Made by a program: the position numbers and the translations under genes. A stretch of DNA of 35,055 nt from an uncultured Alphaproteobacteria bacterium (GTDB lineage: Bacteria > Pseudomonadota > Alphaproteobacteria > Rs-D84): the NCBI GenBank assembly GCA_946625925.1, contig CAMOTP010000003.1, positions 1 to 35,055 of the forward strand. The letters are read 5' to 3'. Below, one piece after another: positions 26,849 to 35,055 of the stretch; position 1 is the stretch's first letter, and each line of letters starts with the position of its first letter. Below the pieces are notes generated by a model that had not been told where the DNA came from, ran no database searches, and worked only from the letters and a program-made list of their open reading frames with translations.

Positions 26849-27718
26849 TTATATTGTGCGTTTTGGACGCAGTTGTTTATCTTTCACAACACCGATTCCG
26901 ATAAATTCAGTATTATTATAAATCCTGAAAAATCCGTCAGGCATTGCGGTTTTGATAAAACCACCGTTTTTATAAATTTCAGTGCTTTTATCGTCCAGAT
27001 TCAAAACCGGAATGTCCCCCAGTCCAGAATCCAATGGCATCAAATATTCATTGATGTCCCGGCTATTATTAACCAGATTTTCTAAAAAATCAAGTGTGAC
27101 AGCATTTTTTATATCAAAACCATTTGTTCTTACGCGTCTTATCATGTCCACAGATGCCACCGTTCCGCATCTGTGTGCGATATCGCGGGCAATACTTCGT
27201 ACATATGTACCAGTGCTGCATCTAACAAAAAACTGCCAACTTTTACCATCAAAACCGTTATATTTCAGTTCGTATATATGAATGGTTCGAGGTTGTATTT
27301 CGACATGTTTTCCACTGCGTGCAATTTCATAAGCGCGCTTTCCGTTTATATGAATCGCACTATACAATGGTGGTATTTGCTGTATATCGCCAATAAAATC
27401 ATTTAAAGTATTATTTATTTGTTTGTCATCTGGAATAATATCACAACGACAAATTTCAGTTCCTGTTATATCCAGTGTATCTGTATCTATTCCAAATTGG
27501 CAAGAAAACAAATATTCTTTGATTCCATCATTTGAATTTTCTACAAAAGGAATCATCTTGGTTGCATTTCCGATTGCGATTGGTAAAACACCGGTTGCCA
27601 TCGGGTCCAATGTTCCAATATGTCCAGATTTTTTTTCGCCAAATAAACGTGCAACTTTTGACGATGCCGTTCGACTGAACAGTCCCTGTGCTTTATCCAA
27701 GATAATCCAACCATTCAT
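26849..27718 (-). CDS. truB: tRNA pseudouridine(55) synthase TruB
   Basis: NGWIILDK, GHIGTLDPMATGVLP, QIPPLYSAI.INGKRAY, CSTGTYVRS. Upstream of rpsO. Confidence 0.96.
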   Translation of the reverse strand: MNGWIILDKAQGLFSRTASSKVARLFGEKKSGHIGTLDPMATGVLPIAIGNATKMIPFVENSNDGIKEYLFSCQFGIDTDTLDITGTEICRCDIIPDDKQINNTLNDFIGDIQQIPPLYSAIHINGKRAYEIARSGKHVEIQPRTIHIYELKYNGFDGKSWQFFVRCSTGTYVRSIARDIAHRCGTVASVDMIRRVRTNGFDIKNAVTLDFLENLVNNSRDINEYLMPLDSGLGDIPVLNLDDKSTEIYKNGGFIKTAMPDGFFRIYNNTEFIGIGVVKDKQLRPKRTI

Positions 27719-27721
27719 GTT

Positions 27722-30271
27722 TTATAATCCAAATAAAGATAATTGAGATGTGTCGTCTTTGACCTGCATCTTTGATTTTGGTGTATGCGCAGATTTTGCT
27801 TGTTCGATTTTAACTTCGTTTACACCAATTTTTGCACCATTATTTTCTAAATTTGCCAGTACCGCTTCGGCACGTGCCACAACAGATTCTGGCATGCCGG
27901 CCATTTTTGCAACATGGATACCGTATGAACGGTTGGCGACCCCGGGTACAATTTTATGCATAAATATAATTTCGTTATTGTATTCTCGAACATCAATAGT
28001 TAAACAAGATACATTAGACAATAATCCATTATTATCACCAGCTAATGATGTCAACTCATGATAATGGGTTGCGAATAATGTTCTGGGGGTTAAATTATTC
28101 AAATATTCTAATACAGCCTGTGCAATAGCCATACCGTCATATGTTGCGGTTCCACGTCCAATTTCATCAAATATAATAAAAGAACGGTCTGTTGCGCGTC
28201 GCAATATATTTGCGGTTTCACTCATTTCCACCATAAATGTAGATTGTCCTGCTGCCAAATTATCCGATGCACCAACACGACTAAATAATTGGTCGCATAC
28301 ACCAATGGTTGCAGATTTTGCCGGAACAAAAGACCCCAAATGTGCCAATACGGTAATTAGTGCATTTTGGCGCAGATAAGTTGATTTACCTGCCATATTT
28401 GGACCGGTTAATAATGCAATTTTATTGTGCGATAAATCACAATCATTTTTAACAAAATTATCACCATGTGTACGCAATACTGCCTCAATCACAGGGTGGC
28501 GTCCACCTAATACACAAAATTCGGTGCCGGTTGTAATTTTTGGACACACCCAATCATATTCAATAGCACACAATGCCAACGCAACCCACACATCTAAATC
28601 GGCTAATAAATCGGCTGTGGCTAACAAATCATCGGCAATTTCACGTATATCATTGATAAAATTATTTATAATTTCATCTTCGATTCCAGCGGCTTTATCC
28701 ACTGCACTACGAATGTTATTATCCAAATCAATCAGTTGGCCTGTTGTAAAACGCATATTTCCGGCCAATGTTTGACGATGAATAAAACCGGATTCAGCCT
28801 TCATCATATCGTCCGCCTTGGTTGACGGTACTTCTATAAAATATCCCAAAATATTATTAAATTTAATTTTTAATGTATGAATGCCAGTTTGTTCAATATA
28901 TTTTGCTTGTAATCCAGCAATAGTATTGCGTGCACCATGCGACAGTTCACGCATATTATCCAAACTTATATCAAAACCATCACGAATGACATTACCATCG
29001 CGGAAAAAAGTTGGTAATTCATCATTCAGTGCACGTTTTAATTTTGCGGCTAATTCATCATGTGTTTTAATTGAGCCCAAACGTGCAGAAAAATCACAGT
29101 CTAAATTTTGTGCCATCATTTTTGCATTAGGCAAATTTACAATAAAATCACGAATGTGTGCCAAATCACGTGGTGTCCCACGACCAGCCATCAGTCGCGC
29201 CAGACTGCGTCCTACATCTGGCATAGATGCTAAATCGTGTGCAATATTTATCATAATATTTCTGTTGGATACAAAATGAGCAATGTGCATCTGCCGTAAT
29301 TTTATTTCGTCTATGCTTCCAGATAAAGTGCGTAAATATGCACGCAGTTTACGTGCGCCAGCGGCAGTCTTTGTTTTGTCTAAAACATCGACCAAACATG
29401 CGCCCCCAGCATTTATTGGTGCATCGATTTCCAGACTTTTCCAAGTTGCAGAATCGATTAATAACTGTGAATCATTTTTGAATTGTCGTGGGGCACGAAA
29501 TGTTGTTGATGCACCGCGTTGAGTATTAAATAAATATCCTGCCAGCAAATATGTTGCATTATCCATATTTTCAGATTGTGTGCCATCAATAACACCACCA
29601 AATACGCGTGCAACAATCTGCGTTATGTCTGAACGAATATATAATTTTTCATACACCGGTGTTGTCTTGAAAATAGTACGCAAATGAAATATTGTATCAT
29701 GTTCCGCATACGAAGAAGGATAGATAACCTCGGCAGGATTCAATCTTACCAAATCATCAATCAAATCGCTGGTCTGACCAACAAAAAATTCACCTGTGGA
29801 AATGTCGCAACCTGCAATATCAAATTTATTATTTTGAATTGGGACAACCGCGACCAAGAAATTTGCAGATTTTGGATTTAATAAATTTTCATCTGTTAAT
29901 GTTCCAGGTGTCAACACGCGAATAATTTTGCGTTCTATAAATTTGTGTCCGCGTTCTTTGGCCTGGGCTGGTGTTTCCATCTGTTCAACCAATGCAACCT
30001 TGAACCCAGATTTCACCAAACGTCCAAAATAATTATCGGCTGCATGCCATGGAATACCGCACATAGGGATGTTTTCACCATCTGCATCGGTTCCGCGTTT
30101 TGTTAATACCAGGCTTAATGCTTCACTAATAGTTTTTGCATCATCGAAAAAAGCCTCGTAAAAATCACCCAAACGAAACAACAGCAATGCATCTGGATTT
30201 TCCGCCTTCATATCCAGATATTGTTGCATAACCGGTGAAAGTTTGCTTTTTTCTGCCACGTAACACACCAC
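27722..30271 (-). CDS. mutS: DNA mismatch repair protein MutS
   Basis: PVMQQY, FRLGDFYE.F..DA, TPGT, TGPNMAGKSTYLRQ, STFMVEM, DEIGRGT, ATHYHEL, SYGIHVA, C-terminal QLSLF clamp-binding motif. GTG start uncertain. Confidence 0.97.
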   Translation of the reverse strand: MVCYVAEKSKLSPVMQQYLDMKAENPDALLLFRLGDFYEAFFDDAKTISEALSLVLTKRGTDADGENIPMCGIPWHAADNYFGRLVKSGFKVALVEQMETPAQAKERGHKFIERKIIRVLTPGTLTDENLLNPKSANFLVAVVPIQNNKFDIAGCDISTGEFFVGQTSDLIDDLVRLNPAEVIYPSSYAEHDTIFHLRTIFKTTPVYEKLYIRSDITQIVARVFGGVIDGTQSENMDNATYLLAGYLFNTQRGASTTFRAPRQFKNDSQLLIDSATWKSLEIDAPINAGGACLVDVLDKTKTAAGARKLRAYLRTLSGSIDEIKLRQMHIAHFVSNRNIMINIAHDLASMPDVGRSLARLMAGRGTPRDLAHIRDFIVNLPNAKMMAQNLDCDFSARLGSIKTHDELAAKLKRALNDELPTFFRDGNVIRDGFDISLDNMRELSHGARNTIAGLQAKYIEQTGIHTLKIKFNNILGYFIEVPSTKADDMMKAESGFIHRQTLAGNMRFTTGQLIDLDNNIRSAVDKAAGIEDEIINNFINDIREIADDLLATADLLADLDVWVALALCAIEYDWVCPKITTGTEFCVLGGRHPVIEAVLRTHGDNFVKNDCDLSHNKIALLTGPNMAGKSTYLRQNALITVLAHLGSFVPAKSATIGVCDQLFSRVGASDNLAAGQSTFMVEMSETANILRRATDRSFIIFDEIGRGTATYDGMAIAQAVLEYLNNLTPRTLFATHYHELTSLAGDNNGLLSNVSCLTIDVREYNNEIIFMHKIVPGVANRSYGIHVAKMAGMPESVVARAEAVLANLENNGAKIGVNEVKIEQAKSAHTPKSKMQVKDDTSQLSLFGL

Positions 30272-30273
30272 TG

Positions 30274-30477
30274 TTATTCAGAAACCTTTAATGTTTCGAT
30301 TTTCAATTCCGCTTCTTTTAACAACTGTTCACAGTATGCTTTTAATTTAATACCTTGTTCATACGCAGCCACAGAATCTGCCAATGGCAATTCTCCAGAT
30401 TCCATTTTTTTAACCAATTCAGTTAATTGTTTATACGCTTCTTCAAAGGTCAGTTTTTTATCGGTATTTTCAGTCAT
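30274..30477 (-). CDS. xseB: Exodeoxyribonuclease VII small subunit
   Basis: TFEEA..QL..LV..ME.G.L.L..S...YE.G..L...C...L..AE. AAGGA SD before ATG 30477. Confidence 0.93.
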   Translation of the reverse strand: MTENTDKKLTFEEAYKQLTELVKKMESGELPLADSVAAYEQGIKLKAYCEQLLKEAELKIETLKVSE

Positions 30478-30537
30478 TTTAAATTCCTTTTCATAACAAA
30501 TCAAAAATACACGATAAAAACCAAACTTTCAAGAATT

Positions 30538-30966
30538 TTAATAATTAAAATCGTCCAATTTTTTATCAAAAAATTTATAAATCATATCCTTAAAATCTTG
30601 ATGGATATCTAAATGTTCCAGTTCTGCACGATTTATCCATCTGTAATCAGTATGTTCATGCGATAAAATAACATTGCCCGCGACATATTTTGCAATAAAC
30701 AAATATCCAAAAAACTGGGTGTCTTTGTTATATGCAATCCCGGTCCATCCAAATACAGGATTTGATACAGCATCAACGTCTATTTTTATTTCTTCGGAAA
30801 TTTCACGTATAACCGCAGATTGAAAAGTTTCGCCAAATTCAATTTTACCACCGGGCAAATCCCACATACCTGGAAATACAGTTGTTTCTTTGTTGCGTTT
30901 TAACACCAAAACATTTCCGTTGTCATTATATACAATTATTTTTACGACACCCCGAAAATTTGCCAT
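30538..30966 (-). CDS. Nudix hydrolase (MutT-like)
   Basis: Nudix box WDLPGGKIEFGET...AVIREISEE, and LSHEH.DY.W. Confidence 0.88.
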   Translation of the reverse strand: MANFRGVVKIIVYNDNGNVLVLKRNKETTVFPGMWDLPGGKIEFGETFQSAVIREISEEIKIDVDAVSNPVFGWTGIAYNKDTQFFGYLFIAKYVAGNVILSHEHTDYRWINRAELEHLDIHQDFKDMIYKFFDKKLDDFNY

Positions 30967-30987
30967 TTTATACCCTTTGATTCAAAT

Positions 30988-31010
30988 AAAAAACACCTGT
31001 CCAGGTGTTT
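30988..31010 (-). terminator. Terminator after mreB
   Basis: AAACACCTG-TC-CAGGTGTTT with an upstream A tract that is the U tract on the minus strand. Confidence 0.7.
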
Positions 31011-31020
31011 CTTATTCGTT

Positions 31021-32079
<1,059 letters not shown>

Positions 32080-32192
32080 TTATAGCTGATTGTTTTCCAG
32101 CAAACTATAAATCTTGACGCGCAAAAAATCAAGTAAACCACATAAAAAATGTTTTTATTTGATTTCTTGTATAATTTGGTATGATTAACCCT

Positions 32193-32546
32193 ATGAGAAA
32201 TACGATAAAAGCACATAATGATTTCAAAACAGATCGCGAATATCCGTTTGTAACAACGGATTTGTTCTCGATTCGGACACGTGCAGCCAAATTTCCAGAT
32301 GACCCCAGATATGGTTTGGTGGTCAGCAAGCGCAATTTTCGTTTTGCGGTAAAACGTAATCGTGTAAAACGTTTGTTGCGGGATTGGATTGCATTTGCAA
32401 ATGACTATATGTGTTCTAATCTAGATTATGTATTTTTTGCTCGCGTTGATATTTTGAATGAAAATGTAACACGTGAAACAGGTCGTGAAACAATGGTTCA
32501 TGCATTGCAAGAAATCAAAAATAAAAATGACCACAAATCCAAATAA
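32193..32546 (+). CDS. rnpA: Ribonuclease P protein component
   Basis: [12 protein letters not shown] motif [19 protein letters not shown]. Start 32193 or 32181. Confidence 0.9.
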   Translation: MRNTIKAHNDFKTDREYPFVTTDLFSIRTRAAKFPDDPRYGLVVSKRNFRFAVKRNRVKRLLRDWIAFANDYMCSNLDYVFFARVDILNENVTRETGRETMVHALQEIKNKNDHKSK

Positions 32547-32769
32547 ATCATTTATGCAAATTGTTGGTATCAGGCTGGTGCGTTGCTACCAGGCGTGTAT
32601 TTCACCGTTTATTGGTGGACGTTGTGCGTGTCGTTTTATCCCAACGTGCAGTGAATATACGGCTGGGGCTATTGAAAAATATGGCTTTTTTCGTGGGGTG
32701 TGGATGGGAATGCGCAGGATTGCCCGTTGTCATCCAGGTGGTGGCTTTGGATATGACCCAATACCTTGA
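32527..32769 (+). CDS. yidD: Membrane protein insertion efficiency factor YidD
   Basis: YQ..ISP, CRF.PTCSEY, RI.RCHP...GYDPIP. Follows rnpA. Confidence 0.93.
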   Translation: MTTNPNKSFMQIVGIRLVRCYQACISPFIGGRCACRFIPTCSEYTAGAIEKYGFFRGVWMGMRRIARCHPGGGFGYDPIP

Positions 32770-32793
32770 CTTTTTTGGTATTTGTGATAAAAT
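32766..32793 (+). promoter_or_regulatory. Putative promoter of accBC
   Basis: TTGACT (32766-32771), 16-nt spacer, extended -10 TGA-TAAAAT (32785-32793). Confidence 0.5.
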
Positions 32794-32830
32794 TTATCTA
32801 AAACACAGATAATGTATAAAGGATTAAAAA

Positions 32831-33274
32831 ATGTCTTTTCGTGCAACCGTTGAATCTATGTCAAAAATCATGGATGATATGGGAATTACAGAACTTGATT
32901 TAGAACGCCAGTTTTTATTTGGCGTGTATCGTAAACATATTCATTTGTCCAAGGGAACAACTGTTGCTATGCCCAGTTTCCCTGTGGATAAAACTGTTAA
33001 AAATTCAACAACTGGTACAAATGGTGCCGCGCATGAATATACCAATGCATTAAAATCGCCAATGGTTGGTGTCGTTTATTTGGCGACAGAACCTGGTGCA
33101 AAACCTTTTGTCAAGGTGGGCGACACTGTGCATGCTGGTGATACTGTTGCGTTGGTCGAGGCTATGAAAACCTTTAATCCAATCAAGGCAACCGCAGACG
33201 GTGTTGTAAAAGAAATTTTGGTAACAGATGCCCAGGCAGTTGAATTTGACCAACCATTGATTGTTATTGAGTAA
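32831..33274 (+). CDS. accB: Acetyl-CoA carboxylase biotin carboxyl carrier protein
   Basis: SPMVG..Y....PGAKPFV.VGD.V, biotinylation motif EAMK, VEFDQPL. Confidence 0.95.
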   Translation: MSFRATVESMSKIMDDMGITELDLERQFLFGVYRKHIHLSKGTTVAMPSFPVDKTVKNSTTGTNGAAHEYTNALKSPMVGVVYLATEPGAKPFVKVGDTVHAGDTVALVEAMKTFNPIKATADGVVKEILVTDAQAVEFDQPLIVIE

Positions 33275-33279
33275 TTATT

Positions 33280-34674
33280 ATGTCTCAAATAAAAAAAGTT
33301 TTAATTGCTAATCGTGGCGAAATTGCACTGCGTATAATTCGTGCATGTCGTGATATGGGTATTCGCACTGTGGCGGTATATTCAACGGCAGACAGAAATG
33401 CAATGCATACACAATTGGCAGACGAGAGTGTTTGTATTGGTCCTGCACCATCACGTGATTCTTACTTGAATGAATCTGCTATTTTAACAGCGGCATTGTT
33501 AACTAATTCTGATGCTATTCATCCAGGGTATGGCTTTTTGTCTGAAAATGCAGGTTTTGCACGCAAGGTTGAATCACATGGTATGATTTGGATTGGACCA
33601 TCACCAGATATGATTGTTCGTATGGGTGACAAGGTTAATGCAAAAAAAACAGCGATTGCATGTGGTTTGCCGGTGGTGCCTGGTTCTGATGGCGCTGTTA
33701 ATTCTTTGGAAGATGCCAAGGCATGCGCTGAAAAAATTGGTTATCCTGTAATGTTAAAGGCCGCATCTGGTGGTGGTGGTCGTGGTATTCGTGCTGTATA
33801 TAAACCAGAAGACCTGGCTGAAGCTTTTTCTACAACTCGTGCCGAGGCAAAATCTGGATTTGGTGACGAAACATTATACATGGAAAAATTGTTATTACAT
33901 CCACGTCACATCGAATTTCAAATATTGGGTGATAAACATGGTAATGTTGTTGTGTTGGGTGAACGTGATTGTTCTTTGCAACGCAAAAACCAAAAGGTTA
34001 TCGAAGAATGCCCTGCGGCCATACTGTCACAAAAACAACGTGATGATATGATAGAAATTTGTAAAACTGCCGCCAAAAAAATGGGGTATTTCAGTACTGG
34101 TACATTTGAATTTATGTACGAAGACGGCAAATTTTATTTCTTGGAAACAAATACGCGTTTACAGGTGGAACATCCTGTGACCGAAATGGTTTATGGAATT
34201 GATTTGGTTCGTGAACAAATTCGTATTGCGGCCGGTGAAAGGTTGGGGTATTCCCAGGCAAATATCGTGCCACATGGACATGCAATTGAATTTCGTATCA
34301 ATGCCGAAGATCCAGAAAACTTTATACCAAATCCTGGCACAATATCATTATATGCACCATCTGGCGGATTGGGTGTTCGTGTTGATTCGGCTGCATATAC
34401 AGGATATACAATTCCACCGACATATGATTCTATGATTGCCAAGTTGATTGTGCATAATACATCACGTGCAACATGTATCATGCGTGCGACACGTGCATTG
34501 GATGAATTTGTAATCGAAGGTGTCAAAACCACAATACCATTACATAAAAAGTTATTAAATAATCGTGATTTTAGGCAATTGAACTTTGATAATCATTGGT
34601 TGGAACAGTATTTGGCATCTGAACCAAAAGTAGAAGACGAAATTGTCCCAACCGAAGAAAAAACAGAAGAATAA
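33280..34674 (+). CDS. accC: Biotin carboxylase
   Basis: IANRGEIA, HPGYGFLSEN, KAASGGGGRG, ERDCSLQR.NQK, NTRLQVEH, YDSMIAKL. Confidence 0.98.
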   Translation: MSQIKKVLIANRGEIALRIIRACRDMGIRTVAVYSTADRNAMHTQLADESVCIGPAPSRDSYLNESAILTAALLTNSDAIHPGYGFLSENAGFARKVESHGMIWIGPSPDMIVRMGDKVNAKKTAIACGLPVVPGSDGAVNSLEDAKACAEKIGYPVMLKAASGGGGRGIRAVYKPEDLAEAFSTTRAEAKSGFGDETLYMEKLLLHPRHIEFQILGDKHGNVVVLGERDCSLQRKNQKVIEECPAAILSQKQRDDMIEICKTAAKKMGYFSTGTFEFMYEDGKFYFLETNTRLQVEHPVTEMVYGIDLVREQIRIAAGERLGYSQANIVPHGHAIEFRINAEDPENFIPNPGTISLYAPSGGLGVRVDSAAYTGYTIPPTYDSMIAKLIVHNTSRATCIMRATRALDEFVIEGVKTTIPLHKKLLNNRDFRQLNFDNHWLEQYLASEPKVEDEIVPTEEKTEE

Positions 34675-34677
34675 TAT

Positions 34678-34702
34678 AAAAACCGTCAATTTGGCGGTTT
34701 TT
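34678..34702 (+). terminator. Intrinsic terminator after accC
   Basis: AAAAACCGTCAA-T-TTGGCGGTTTTT, with one U-G pair on the + strand. Confidence 0.8.
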
Positions 34703-34756
34703 TCTTGATAATTTTAGATTGTGTGGTATAAAAATCACATATCAAGAGGTTTTTTT

Positions 34757-35053
34757 ATGAATAATCCACATGTTGAAAATATCATACAAAACATACACGC
34801 TGGTACAATGAATACTGCTTTAATAAGAGATAATAATTCATCACCATTTCCTGCGTCAGATTTTTCAGGATTGTGTTTTATCAGGGCAACATCAAACCAC
34901 GGTAAAGTTTTTTATTCTTTAAGAATAAATTATGGGAAACCAGCAAGGCTTTTGATTCAAACTTCCAGTATCATTGTTGAAAGTGATAGGCAAAGTTTGA
35001 ACGATTTATGGAATGTAATTTCCGTAATAGAAAACAATAAAAGACAAAAATAA
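34757..35053 (+). CDS. Hypothetical protein, 98 aa (ORFan C)
   Basis: GAGGT SD before ATG 34757; ends IENNKRQK. No family recognised. Confidence 0.7.
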   Translation: MNNPHVENIIQNIHAGTMNTALIRDNNSSPFPASDFSGLCFIRATSNHGKVFYSLRINYGKPARLLIQTSSIIVESDRQSLNDLWNVISVIENNKRQK

Positions 35054-35055
35054 AA

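Overview
An AT-rich, tightly packed chromosomal window from an alphaproteobacterium. The assignment rests on an alpha-type SspB and a Caulobacter-like ParB; a reduced-genome, host-associated lineage is an inference. It holds about 38 CDS and tRNA-Cys(GCA), mostly housekeeping: sspB, recF, a TolC/MacA/split-MacB efflux operon, a YrbG-like antiporter, gpsA, rsmG, parAB, pal, a UDG4-like gene, infC, ybaB, pnp, der, lpoB plus a COG3014-like lipoprotein, an orphan virD4, rsmE, an RluB-like synthase, rpsO, truB, mutS, xseB, a Nudix hydrolase, mreB, rnpA, yidD, accB, accC and three small ORFans. I saw no transposase, integrase, prophage or CRISPR array. Most interesting signals: (1) ParB has non-canonical residues at all four known DNA-specificity positions, and two variant parS palindromes lie just upstream of parA with A instead of G at the outer base read by the lost arginine, suggesting a co-evolved new centromere code; (2) a stand-alone VirD4 coupling protein apparently co-transcribed with cell-envelope lipoproteins, plus small ORFans with basic tails as candidate substrates; (3) a family-4 UDG homologue with a degenerate active site; (4) a long RNase III-type stem in the pnp leader and an amphipathic N-terminal extension on PNPase; (5) a family of related intergenic hairpins, two of which bracket parAB; (6) an ATT start for infC and probable leaderless genes. 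All assignments come from motif recognition by eye; no database searches were run.
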